From positions 11,742-75,741 of the forward strand of contig NIVC01001278.1 of the NCBI GenBank assembly GCA_002269645.1: a stretch of 64,000 nucleotides of DNA, in the 5' to 3' direction. The position numbers and the translations under genes were made by a program. The notes below the pieces were generated by a model that worked only from the letters and a program-made list of their open reading frames with translations, searched no databases and was not told the origin of the DNA. Below are positions 1 through 11,936 of this stretch, piece after piece. Source of the DNA: Macrostomum lignano (lineage: Eukaryota). Position 1 is the stretch's first letter. Every line of letters starts with the position of its first letter.

Positions 1-305
1 TTTTATTGTTATGATTATATTTAAAATTATATTAGCACTACTCTATCAAGTTACTTTACTTATAATGAAGAGAATAATAGTATATTATCTTCATTTACAT
101 AAATTCTAACTTTTAAATATTTGTGTAGAACAAAAAGCAATAGTGCTTAAAAGTATAAAATACTAATATATAAAAAAACAAAAAGTAAAGTAGTATAGAT
201 TTTTTGTAAAAATTGCTTCTTTTAAGTTATGCCAAGTCAAAATAATATTTATTCTTATATAAAAACTACATTCATATTGTATCTCATATATAATTTTTAT
301 TTTAG

Positions 306-378
306 AAACTCAATGACTTAAATCAGATTCCTGACTTTAACAATTATTTGGCATTCATTCTTCAGTTGCCAACACAAG
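306..378 (+). CDS. TNPO1: Transportin-1 coding exon (first in window; earlier exon(s) upstream of window); not in ORF track
   Basis: tttag|AAA...CAAG|gtaatt; translates KLNDLNQIPDFNNYLAFILQLPTQ, matching TNPO1 KLEQLNQYPDFNNYLIFVL; phase 1 joins next exon to give D-E-T-N-R-S. Confidence 0.9.
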
Positions 379-574
379 GTAATTTTCTATTATAATTGTT
401 CAATACCTTTGATATATATTATTAGTGGGGTAGATAGAGTTAGGATTATGTATATACTATAAGATGTTCTATCATTCAATAGTTACCGGGAAAAGAGTGT
501 GTTTTCAAGAATTAAAAAAAGTCTTGACACTTGGTTTTTCAATAATTTATGAATGAGGCTTTCAGAATTTAGAA

Positions 575-1385
575 TTGGGATTTTCAAAGATCTGGGTATT
601 GGATTTTAAGATTTTAGAATTGTGATTTTAAGGATTCGGGCTTGGGATTTTAAGGATTAGGGCTTGGGATTTTAAGGATTAGGGCCTAGGATTTTAAGGA
701 TTAGGGACTGAGATTTTAAGGATTAGGGCTTGGGATTTTAAGGATTAGGGCTTGGGACATAAATGCGCAACCTTGGGAATCCCTCGGCCGTTTCTATTGG
801 CAACACACATATGTAAGTCGCTATTGGACGGAATAGTACTCACGTGACTGCTCTCCGCCAATAGCGACTTACATGTGTGTGTTGCCAATAGAAACAGCCG
901 GGTGAATCCCTAGGTTGCGCCCAAGCATGGCTTGGGATTTTAAGGATTAGGGCCTAGGATTTTAAGGATTAGGGCTTGGGATTTTAAGGATTAGGGCCTA
1001 GGATTTTAAGGATTAGGGCTTGGGATTTTAAGGATTAGGGCCTAGGATTTTAAGGATTAGGGCTTGGGATTTTAAGGATTAGGGCCTGGGATTTTAAGGA
1101 TTAGGGACTGAGATTTTAAGGATTAGGGCCTAGGATTTTAAAGATTAGGGACTGAGATTTTAAGGATTAGGGCTTGGGATTTTAAGGATTAGGGCCTGGG
1201 ATTTTAAAGAGTTGGGAATGGGATTTTAAGGATTAGGGACTGAGATTTTAAAGATTAGGGCCTGGGATTTTAAGGATTAAGGCCTAAGATTTTAAGGTTT
1301 AGGGCCTGGGATTTTAAGGAGTTGGGAATGGGATTTTAAAGATTTGGGAATGGGGGTTTTAAGGATTTGGGATTTGAGTTTTAAG
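575..1385. repeat. 22-bp minisatellite (GGGATTTTAAGGATTAGGGCTT)n in TNPO1 intron, interrupted by a palindromic insert
   Basis: Direct reading of tandem units. Confidence 0.95.
765..920. mobile_element. Short fold-back / MITE-like palindromic element
   Basis: ~68-bp imperfect inverted arms (gcgcaacc..ttctattggcaacacaca.atgtaagtcgctattgg / ccaatagcgacttacatgtgtgtgttgccaatagaaac..ggttgcgc) around a ~20-nt spacer. Confidence 0.7.
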
Positions 1386-1440
1386 TTTAAAGGATAAAAA
1401 TGATTATGAACTGGCACCTTGAATCCAATTGCCCATCCAG

Positions 1441-1826
1441 ATGAGACCAACCGCTCTATGGCCGGCCTTATCCTGAAGAACAACATCAAGAATCACTACC
1501 AGCTCTATCCTGCCGAAGTGCTGGAATGCGTCAAGCGAGCCTGTCTTGCCTGTCTTGGCGACCGCTCCGCAATGATCCGGGCCACTGTTGGCACTATCAT
1601 CACCACCATGGTGTCCAAGGCCCGGCTCGAGGCATGGCCCGAGCTCATGCCTCATCTGGTTGCTAGCCTAGACTCCGGAGACGAATTCTTAGTCGAAGGT
1701 TCGTTCAGCGCTATGCACAAAATTTGTGAAGATTCCAAACAGCTGCTGGAGGATACGCCCGTGTCGCAGCCGCTTGGCATTCTTATACCGAAGTTTATCG
1801 AGTTTACTGGGCATCGCAATGCGAAG
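1441..1826 (+). CDS. TNPO1: Transportin-1 coding exon (HEAT repeats)
   Basis: RSMAGLILKNNIK...IRATVGTIIT...KICEDS...IPKFIEF matches TNPO1; ccag| acceptor and AAG|gtgagc donor. Confidence 0.95.
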
Positions 1827-1861
1827 GTGAGCATCTTTCTGTAGTTTTGGGAGGGGATCTC

Positions 1862-2545
1862 AGCTCACCGGTGATACCTGTTGTCTCGACCTTCACTCAC
1901 CGGTGATACCTGCTGTCTCACCGGTGATACCTGTTGTCTCGACCTTCACTCACCGGTGATTCCTGCTGTCTCACCGGTGATACCTGTTGTCTCGACCTTC
2001 ACTCACCGGTGATTCCTGCTGTCTCACCGGTGATACCTGTTGTCTCGATCTTTACTGCTGGTGATACCTGTTGTCTCGATCTTCACACACTGGTAGTACC
2101 TGTTGTCTCAATCTTCACTCACCGGTAATACCCATTGTCTCGATTTTCACTCACCAGTGATACCTGTTGTCTCGATCTTGACTCACCGGTAATACCCATT
2201 GTCTCGATTTTCACTCACCAGTGATACCTGTTGTCTCGATCTTCACTCATCAGTAATACCTGTTGTCTCGATCTTCACTCATCAGTAATACCTGTTGTCT
2301 CGATCTTCACTCATCAGTAATACCTGTTGTCTCGATCTTCACTCATCAGTAATACCTGTTGTCTCGATCTTCACTCATCAGTAATACCTGTTGTCTCGAT
2401 CTTCACTCATCAGTAATACCTGTTGTCTTGATCTTGACTCACCGGTAATACCTGTTGTCTCGATCTTGACTCGCCAGTAATACCTGTTGACTCGATCTTC
2501 ACTCACTGATAATTCCTGTGCTATTCTCTTAACTTGACTCACAGG
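1862..2545. repeat. ~32-bp minisatellite (GTAATACCTGTTGTCTCGATCTTCACTCATCA-like)
   Basis: Tandem units filling the intron. Confidence 0.9.
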
Positions 2546-2584
2546 TAATACCTCCCCTCTCCATCTTGTCAACCCCAATTCCAG

Positions 2585-2875
2585 GTTCGCTCCCTGGCCC
2601 TAGGCTGCATCAACCAGTTCATCGGCGGTCACTCCCAGGCGCCTATGCAATATCTGGACCGCCTATTGGAAAGCGTGTTCCGTTTAGCTGAGGATACAGA
2701 CACCGAGGTGCGCAAACAGGTCTGCTCGTCACTGGTGCTGCTAGTGGACTCTCGTATGGGCTACCTGCTGCCCTATATGACCAGCATACTAGAGTTCATG
2801 CTGCTCAGGACTCAGGATCCCGACGAGTTTGTAGCTCAGGAGGCATGCGAACTCTGGCTTGCCATTGCTGATCAG
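2585..2875 (+). CDS. TNPO1: Transportin-1 coding exon
   Basis: VRSLALGCINQF...EVRKQVCSSLV...RTQDPDEFVAQEACELW; canonical AG/GT, 97 codons. Confidence 0.95.
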
Positions 2876-2892
2876 GTAGGCTCTCGGTTTAA

Positions 2893-3895
2893 TTATGACC
2901 CCGTGTCCTTTGTTTTATGACCCCATGTGTTCAGCTCTATGACCCGTGTACCCAGTCTATGACCCGTGTCCCCAGTCTGTGACCCCGTGTCCCCAGTCTA
3001 TGAGCCCGTGTCCCGTCTATGACCCCGTGTACCCAGTCTATGATCCCGTGTCCCCCGTCTATGACCCCGTGTCCCCAGTCTATGACCCCGTGTCCCCGTC
3101 TATGACCCTTGCCCCCAGTCTATGAGCCCGTGTCCCCCGTCTATGACCCCGTGTACCCAGTCTATGACCCCGTGTACCCAGTCTATGACCCTTGCCCCTA
3201 GTCTATGACCCCGTGTCCCCAGTCTATGAGCCCGTGTCCCGTATATGACCCCGTGTACCCAGTCTATGATCCCGTGTCCCCCGTCCATGACCCCGTGTCC
3301 CCAGTCTATGACCCCGTGTCCCCGTCTATGACCCTTGCCCCAGTCTATGAGCCCGTGCCCCCCGTCTATGACCCCGTGTACCCAGTCTATGACCCTTGCC
3401 CCCAATCTATGACCCCGTGTACCTAGTCTATGACCCCGTGTACCTAGTCTATGACCCCGTGTACCCAGTCTGTGACCCCGTGTACCCAGTCTATCACCAC
3501 GTGTCCCCTGTCTATGAGCCCGTGTCCCCCGTCTATGACCCCGTTTACCCAGTCTATGACCCTTGCCCCCAGTCTATGACCCCGTGTCCCCAGTCTATGA
3601 CCCCGTGTCCCCGTCTATGACCCTTGCCCCCAGTCTATGAGCCTGTGTACCCAGTCTATGACCCTTGCCCCAAGTCTATGACCCCGTGTACCTAGTCTAT
3701 GACCCCGTGTACCCAGTCTATGACCACGTGTCCCCAGTCTATGAGCCCGTGTCCCCCGTCTATGACCCCGTTTACCCAGTCTATGACCCTTGCCCCCAGT
3801 CTATGACCCCGTGTCCCCCGTCTATGACCCTTGCCCCCAGTCTATGACCCCGTGCCCCAGGTCTATGACCCGTGTACCCAGTCTATGACCTTGTG
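2893..3895. repeat. 21-bp minisatellite (TATGACCCCGTGTCCCCAGTC)n
   Basis: Tandem units; source of YDPVYPV pseudo-ORFs. Confidence 0.95.
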
Positions 3896-3947
3896 TCTTT
3901 AATCTTGAGCCTGCAAAGCTGACTCCGCGCCAACGCATTGATTTCAG

Positions 3948-5005
3948 CCCAATTGTCAGGAGCTGCTGCGGCCCTACCTGCCAAAGCTGATCCCGGTGCT
4001 CTGCCGCGGCATGAAGTACTCAGAAAGCGACGCCGAGGCGCTAGAATTGGAGAATCGCGAGGACGCGCACATCCCAGATCGCGAGAGCGACATCCGGCCT
4101 CGGTTTCACAGGACCCGGTCGAAGACGGCTTCCCAGCATCTGCACGACTGCGCAGCGGGTGGCGGCGGCGCATCCGGCGAAGATGCCGACGCCTCAGGCG
4201 GGCTGGAGCAGCAGCAGCAGGATCTGCTGTTGCTGGCCGAGTCTGGCGACGCTGACGATTCTGGCGGTGGCGGAGACGACATTCTGAGCAGCTGGAATCT
4301 CAGGAAGTGCTCAGCGGCCGCCCTGGATGTTCTAGCTAATGTGTTCCGCGACGAGCTGCTTGAGCACCTGCTGCCCATTCTCAAGGACACGCTGCTCAGC
4401 GAACGCTGGGATGTCAAGGAGTCTGGCATACTCATCCTTGGCGCAGTGGCCGAAGGCTGCCTTCAAGGCGTCACGGCCTACCTGCCGGAACTGTTCAGGC
4501 TGCTGCTCACCTGTCTGCAGCACGCCAAGCCTCTGGTCCGCTCCATCACCTGTTGGACTCTGTCCCGCTATGCTCACTGGATTGTGACTCAACCGCACGA
4601 GCTGTGCCTGAAGCCGCTGCTATACGAATTGCTCAATAGAATTCTGGACACTAATAAACGAGTTCAAGAGGCCGCCTGTTCCGCGTTCGCCACGCTAGAA
4701 GAGGAAACGTGCAGCGATCTGGTGCCCTACCTGGGCGATATTGTGCAGACTTTGGTGTTCGCTTTTCAGCGATATCAGCATAAGAACTTGCTCATACTGT
4801 ACGATGCCATCGGCACACTGGCTGACTCTGTTGGCTCCCATCTCAACCAGGAGGCATTCGTTCAGCTATTGATGCCCAGGCTGTTCCAAAAATGGGAGAG
4901 TCTTAACGACGATGACAAAGACCTGTTCCCGTTGCTGGAGTGCTTGAGTAGCTTGGCCACAGCTCTTGGTGTTGGCTTCCTGCCCTACTGCGGGCCCGTG
5001 TTCGC
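3948..5005 (+). CDS. TNPO1: Transportin-1 coding exon including H8 loop
   Basis: [15 protein letters not shown]...DIRPRFHR...[18 protein letters not shown]...[18 protein letters not shown]...[21 protein letters not shown]; tttcag| and GC|gtgagt. Confidence 0.97.
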
Positions 5006-5059
5006 GTGAGTAATCGTTCTGTTTATTGTTTTTTGATATTTAGGGAGTTTTATCCTGCC

Positions 5060-5373
5060 CTCTCATCAACTGTCTCCCCCTGTTCTCATTAACTGTCTCA
5101 CCCTGTTCTCATCAACTGTCTCACCCTGTTCTCATCATCTGTCTCACCCTGTTCTCATCAACTGTCTCACCCTGTTCTCATCATCTGTCTCACCCTGTTC
5201 TCATCATCTGTCTCACCCTGTTCTCATCATCTGTCTCACCCTGTTCTTATCAACTGTCTCACCCTGTTCTCATCAACTGTCTCACCCTGTTCTCATCAAC
5301 TGTCTCACCCTGTTCTCATCATCTGTCTCACCCTGTTCTCATCAACTGTCTCACCCTGTTCTCATCATCTGTC
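5060..5373. repeat. 23-bp minisatellite (CTGTCTCACCCTGTTCTCATCAA)n
   Basis: Tandem units. Confidence 0.95.
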
Positions 5374-5375
5374 TA

Positions 5376-7251
5376 GGGGGATAGGGAGTGACACTGGGAG
5401 ATAGGGAGGGACACTGGGAGATAGGGAGTGATACTGGGAGATAGGGAATGACACTGGGAGATAGGGAGTGATACTGGGAGATAGGGAGTGATACTGGGAG
5501 ATAGGGAATGACACTGGGAGATAGGGAGTGATACTGGGAGATAGGGAATGACACTGGGAGATAGGGAGTGATACTGGGAGATAGGGAGTGATACTGGGAG
5601 ATAGGGAGTGATACTGGGAGATAGGGAGGGACACTGGGAGATAGGTAATGACACTGGGAGATAGGGAGTGATACTGGGAGATAGGGAGGGACACTGGGAG
5701 ATAGGTAATGACACTGGGAGATAGGGAGTGATACTGGGAGATAGGGAGGGACACTGGGAGATAGGGAGGGACACTGGGAGATAGGGAATGACACTGGGAG
5801 ATAGGGAGTGATACTGGGAGATAGGGAGGGACACTGGGAGATAGGTAATGACACTGGGAGATAGGGAGTGATACTGGGAGATAGGGAGTGATACTGGGAG
5901 ATAGGGAGGGACACTGGGAGATAGGGAGTGATACTGGGAGATAGGGAGTGATACTGGGAGATAGGGAGTGACACTGGGAGATAGGGAGTGACACTGGGAG
6001 ATAGGGAGTGATACTGGGAGATAGGGAGTGATACTGGGAGATAGGGAGTGACAATGGGAGATAGGGAGTGATACTGGGAGATAGGGAGTGACACTGGGAG
6101 ATAGGGAGTGACACTGGGAGATAGGGAGTGATACTGGGAGATAGGGAGTGACAATGGGAGATAGGGAGTGATACTGGGAGATAGGGAATGACACTGGGAG
6201 ATAGGGAGTGACACTGGGAGATAGGGAGTGATACTGGGAGATAGGGAGTGATACTGGGAGATAGGGAGTGATACTGGGAGATAGGGAGTGATACTGGGAG
6301 ATAGGGAATGACACTGGGAGATAGGGAGTGATACTGGGAGATAGGGAGTGATACTGGGAGATAGGGAGTGACAATGGGAGATAGGGAGTGATACTGGGAG
6401 ATAGGGAGTGATACTGGGAGATAGGGAGTGATACTGGGAGATAGGGAGTGATACTGGGAGATAGGGAATGACACTGGGAGATAGGGAGTGATACTGGGAG
6501 ATAGGGAGTGATACTGGGAGATAGGGAGTGACAATGGGAGATAGGGAGTGATACTGGGAGATAGGGAGTGATACTGGGAGATAGGGAGTGATACTGGGAG
6601 ATAGGGAGTGATACTGGGAGATAGGGAGTGATACTGGGAGATAGGGAGTGACACTGGGAGATAGGTAATGACACTGGGAGATAGGGAGGGACACTGGGAG
6701 ATAGGGAGTGATACTGGGAGATAGGGAGTGATACTGGGAGATAGGGAGTGACAATGGGAGATATGAGGGATACTGGGAGATAGGGAGGGACACTGGGAGA
6801 TAGGGAGGGACACTGGGAGATAGGGAGTGATACTGGGAGATAGGGAGTGATACTGGGAGATAGGGAGGGACACTGGGAGATAGGAGGGACAATGGGAGAT
6901 AGGGAGGGACACTGGGAGATAGGGAGGGACACTGGGAGATAGGGAGTGGCACTGGGAGATAGGAGGGACACTGGGAGATAGGGAGGGACACTGGGAGATA
7001 GGGAGGGACACTGGGAGATAGGGAGGACACTGGGAGATAGGGAGGGACACTGGGAGATAGGGAGGGACACTGGGAGATAGGGAGGGACACTGGGAGATAG
7101 GTAGTGGCACTGGGAGATAGGAGGGACACTGGGAGATAGGGAGGGACACTGGGAGATAGGGAGGGACACTGGGAGATAGGGAGGGACACTGGGAGATAGG
7201 GAGGGACACTGGGAGATAGGGAGGGACACTGGGAGATAGAAGGGACACTGG
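5376..7251. repeat. 20-bp G-rich minisatellite (GGGAGATAGGGAGTGATACT)n
   Basis: ~94 units; source of the three 600-aa minus-strand pseudo-ORFs. Confidence 0.97.
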
Positions 7252-7954
7252 AAGAAGAGTTCACGACAGAAAAAATGACAGGATAGGCTTTGAAGGACAG
7301 GATAAACATGAAGGCTTTGAATGCTTGCTTACAATGGGACTATTTGAGTGGGTGTTCAGCCAAAGCACTCTTTGAATTAACTACTCAGTTTTAATTGCCC
7401 CATATCTCTAAAAAAGGGACATCTCAATACAGTAATGGATTTTGGGCGGAGCAGTTCTCAATATTCCTCAACTCCCCCGCTCTTTTTCTTTATCTATCCA
7501 TTTTCTTGCCAAATCTAGTCTAAAAGTGCATGCCTTATTGTCCCGTCTCTTGCTCGCAGATGAGGCCCGAACGAGTTTTTGGACTGGGAGGGGGTTATCC
7601 TCGCCGGGGAGAGGATTAATTTGAATTCGATATTCGCTATGTTGCCTTAAATCCCTTCGCCCCGCCGTCCCGCTTCGGCTTGTTCGATCCCCCTTGGGCT
7701 GGGGTGTGTTGCAGGGGAAAAGTTGTGCATTTTCGAGTTGGCTTAGGCCTGTCCGGTATGCACTTTGTCTCTGACAAATATTGATCAAATACACGCCTTT
7801 TTATGCGCCCAATAAATTATTTAATACGTACTGCGCCTAGTGACAACTTGGCACACTTGTGAGCCCGCTCTTGCAATTGACTCAACTTGGAGGCACGCCA
7901 AGCCTTCATTCCTGGCTTGCTCTTTGTTCGGTTAAAGCAAATAGATCGTGCAAG

Positions 7955-8505
7955 ACCACTCGGATCTCAGAATTTTGATCCCTAGATCTGGAGATCCCAG
8001 AATTATGATCCCCAAATCATGAGGTCCCAGAGTTATAATCCTCGAATCATAAAATCCCATAATAATGATCCCCAAATCATGGGATCTCAGAATCATGATT
8101 CCCAAATCATTAAGTGTCATAATAATAATCCCCAATTCTCGAGATCCCAGAATTATTATCCTCGAGTCATGAGATCCCAGAATTAGAATCCCCAAATCAT
8201 GAGATCCCAGAATTATGATCCTCAAATCGTCAGATCTCAGAATCATGATCCCCAAATCATAAAATGCCATAATAATGATCCCCAAATCATAAAGTCCCAT
8301 AATAATGATCCCCAAATCTCGAGATCCCAGATTTATTATCCCCAAATCTCGAGATCCCAGATTTATTATCCCCAAATCACGAGATCCCAAAATTATGATC
8401 CTCAAATCTTGATATACCAGAAGTATGAATCGAAATTAACCTTAAATTTCTATAATTATGATACCAAATGGATCCTCAAATCCCAAGAATCATGATCCCT
8501 AAATC
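7955..8505. repeat. Degenerate 30-bp minisatellite (ATCATGAGATCCCAGAATTATGATCCCCAA-like)
   Basis: Tandem units. Confidence 0.85.
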
Positions 8506-8566
8506 ACACAAGTATCGCTCACTAATCCTAGCTAATTCTCCCCGAAATCCCCACCCTGTCTTTTAG

Positions 8567-8955
8567 CCGTTGCGTCCGCCTGGTTGAGACCACCCTGCGC
8601 CAGCAGCAGCTGCACTTCCAGAACCCGGAAGCAAACGAAGCGCCAGACAAAGATTTCATGATAGTCAGCCTGGACTTGCTCAGCGGAGTTGCCGAAGGCC
8701 TGGGCTCGGAGATTCAGCCACTGGTGCAGGGCTCGCCAATTCTAGACCTGCTCTACCACTGCATGCAGGACTCGCAACCCATTGTCAGGCAGAGCGCCTT
8801 CGCACTGCTCGGCGATCTTAGCAAGGCCTGCTTTGATCAGCTGCGACCGGCTGTTGGCAATTTTCTAATGGTGCTGGCCGCTAATCTTAATCCAGTTAAT
8901 ATCAGCGTATGCAATAATGCTATCTGGGCTATCGGCGAGATCTCCATTCGATTGG
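8567..8955 (+). CDS. TNPO1: Transportin-1 coding exon
   Basis: RCVRLVE...[16 protein letters not shown]...[11 protein letters not shown]...[15 protein letters not shown]; phases compatible with neighbouring exons. Confidence 0.95.
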
Positions 8956-8989
8956 GTTTGTACTCTTGTGCTGCTAATTCGTCTGAAAT

Positions 8990-10590
8990 TTATCCCCAAA
9001 TCACCTGATCCCATTGTCATGATCCCTAAATCCTCAGATCCCATTGTTATGATCCCTAAATCAGCTGATCCGATTGTTATGATCCCCAAATCCTCAGATC
9101 CCATTGTTATGATTCCCAAATCCTCAGATCCCATTGATATGATTCCCAAATCCTCAGATCCCATTGATATGATCCCCAAATCACCTGATCCCATTGTCAT
9201 GATCCCTAAATCCTCAGATCCCATTGTTATGATCCCTAAATCCTCAGATCCCATTGTTATGATCCCCAAATCCTCAGATCCCATTGTTATGATACCAAAA
9301 TCCTCAGATCCCATTGTTATGATTCCCAAATCCTCAGATCCCATTGTTATGATCCCCAAATCCTCAGATCCCATTGTTATGATACCAAAATCCTCAGATC
9401 CCATTGTTATGATCCCCAAATCCTCAGATCCCATTGTTATGATTCCCAAATCCTCAGATCCCATTGTTATGATACCAAAATCAGCTGATCCCATTGTTAT
9501 GATCCCCAAATCACCTGATCCCATTGTCATGATCCCTAAATCCTCAGATCCCATTGTTATGATCCCTAAATCCTCAGATCCCATTGTTATGATCCCCAAA
9601 TCCTCAGATCCCATTGTTATGATACCAAAATCCTCAGATCCCATTGTTATGATTCCCAAATCCTCAGATCCCATTGTTATGATCCCCAAATCCTCAGATC
9701 CCATTGTTATGATACCAAAATCCTCAGATCCCATTGTTATGATCCCCAAATCCTCAGATCCCATTGTTATGATTCCCAAATCCTCAGATCCCATTGTTAT
9801 GATACCAAAATCAGCTGATCCCATTGTTATGATCCCCAAATCACCTGATCCCATTGTCATGATCCCTAAATCCTCAGATCCCATTGTTATGATCCCCAAA
9901 TCCTCAGATCCCATTGTTATGATACCAAAATCCTCATATCCCATTGTTATGATCCCCAAATCCTCAGATCCCATTGTTATGATACCAAATCCTCAGATCC
10001 CATTGTTATGATACCAAAATCCTCATATCCCATTGTTATGATCCCCAAATCCTCAGATCCCATTGTTATGATCCCCAAATCCTCAGATCCCATTGTTATG
10101 ATACCAAAATCCTCAGATCCCATTGTTATGATACCAAAATCCTCATATCCCATTGTTATGATCCCCAAATCCTCAGATCCCATTGTTATGATCCCCAAAT
10201 CCTCAGATCCCATTGTTATGATACCAAAATCCTCATATCCCATTGTTATGATCCCCAAATCCTCAGATCCCATTGTTATGATACCAAAATCCTCAGATCC
10301 CATTGTTATGATTCCCAAATCCTCAGATCCCATTGATATGATCCCCAAATCCTCAGATCCCATTGTTATGATCCCCAAATCACCTGATTACATTGTTATG
10401 ATTCCAGCTCACCTGATCCCATTTGATTTCTATGATCCCTAAATCCTCAGATCTTATTGTTATGATCCCCAAATCACCTGATCTCATTGTTATGATCCCA
10501 AAATCACCTGACTTCATTATCAAAATCCCCAGATCCTATTTCTATGACTCCCAACTCACTTGATCCCATTGTTATGATCCCCAAATCAGA
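8990..10590. repeat. 30-bp minisatellite (ATCCCATTGTTATGATCCCCAAATCCTCAG)n
   Basis: ~53 units; source of PKSSDPIVMI pseudo-ORFs. Confidence 0.97.
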
Positions 10591-10681
10591 TTTTATTCCC
10601 TAACTGTCCTGGTCTTCTCGGTAATCCTGATAGCCTAAAAACTATAAACATCCCTTAAACCCGAACCGCTCCCAATCTAAG

Positions 10682-10777
10682 GCTCGGAAATCAAGCCGTA
10701 CGTGGAGAAGATCATAGACCCGCTGACTGACATCATTAACCGCACCAATACGCCCAAGACTCTGCAGGAGAATACGG
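10682..10777 (+). CDS. TNPO1: Transportin-1 coding exon (short, not in ORF track)
   Basis: (G)SEIKPYVEKIIDPLTDIINRTNTPKTLQENT matches IINRPNTPKTLLENT; ctaag| acceptor, G|gtgagc donor. Confidence 0.9.
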
Positions 10778-11074
10778 GTGAGCTGGTTGCCAACTTAAAT
10801 AATTGGCAAATTTGTCTGCGGTAGGAAGGTGTACTGTACTTTTATTTATATTCATTATTTTGTCTGCCAATATTTCTGACGCTACCAAATGAGAACAAGT
10901 CCAACCTCTGTCTGTTCTGTTGTAGTAGTATTTAATGAGGCCAACTAAGTGGTGGCATTATTGTCTGCTTATTACTCAACCCACTAATTGTCCCGTTTAA
11001 TTAGTTATTTGTTTTTATTACCTTTTGGTGTGTCTCTGTCGTCTCTCTCTCTCGCTCTTCAACTCGCTGTCTGT

Positions 11075-11445
11075 CAACTTATATACACAACATATCGGCG
11101 TCTTCCCTCACTCCGAGTCGCTAACTGTCTGTGAACTTATCTACACTACATATCGGCGTTTTCTCTCACTTCGAATCGCTATCTGTAAAGTTGTCTACAC
11201 TACATATCGGCGTTTTCTCTCACTCCGAATCGCTATCTGTAAAGTTATCTACACTACATATCGGCGACTTCTCTCACTCCAAATCGCTAACCATCTGTAA
11301 AGCTGTCTACACTACATATCGGCGACTTCAATCACTCCAAATCGCTGTTTGTAAACTTATCTACACAACATATTGGCAACGTCTTTCTCGCTTCTTCGAC
11401 TCTCTGTCTGTAAAGTTATCTACTCTACATATCGGCAACGTCGAA
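11075..11445. repeat. Degenerate ~54-bp tandem repeat (CTACACTACATATCGGCG core)
   Basis: About seven recurring CTACAC(T/A)ACATAT(C/T)GGC cores. Confidence 0.8.
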
Positions 11446-11752
11446 ACCAATGTATCTGCTCCAGTTATATATTTAAATATGTTATATAATTATATATACG
11501 CTCGTAATTACACAAAAACTACATAAATTCTCTCTACGAGCAGCACTTTTCATTCGTTACTTGATTCATAATTGTATAGTATTTTTCATGAGAAATATTT
11601 AGATATACTACTGCTTAATCTAGTAGTAAAGTATATTTAATAAAACTTGTGTCTATTATTTATTGTAAATTTAAATTTATATACAGTTTATTTTTACATG
11701 ATACGAATACAATGTACATACCTGTCATTATCCCATCAATTTTCTATTGTAG

Positions 11753-11828
11753 CGATCACTATTGGCCGGTTGGGTCTCGTCTGTCCGATGGAAGTTGCCC
11801 CCTACATGTCCAGATTTCTTAGACAATG
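11753..11828 (+). CDS. TNPO1: Transportin-1 coding exon (short)
   Basis: AITIGRLGLVCPMEVAPYMSRFLRQW matches AITIGRLGYVCPQEVAP; tgtag| and TG|gtactt. Confidence 0.92.
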
Positions 11829-11936
11829 GTACTTAATTGCTCTCTTAATTGTGCTTTGCTTTCAACCATTGTGTTTTATATTTGATAGTGTGTCTCTCTA
11901 TATTGTGCTTTGTTTATAAAGCTTTTGCATTACATT

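Noticed and set aside
5351-7309. Three ~620-650 aa minus-strand ORFs (SLPISQ...)
   Set aside because: Stop-free translations of a 20-bp minisatellite in all three frames inside a TNPO1 intron; no coding signal
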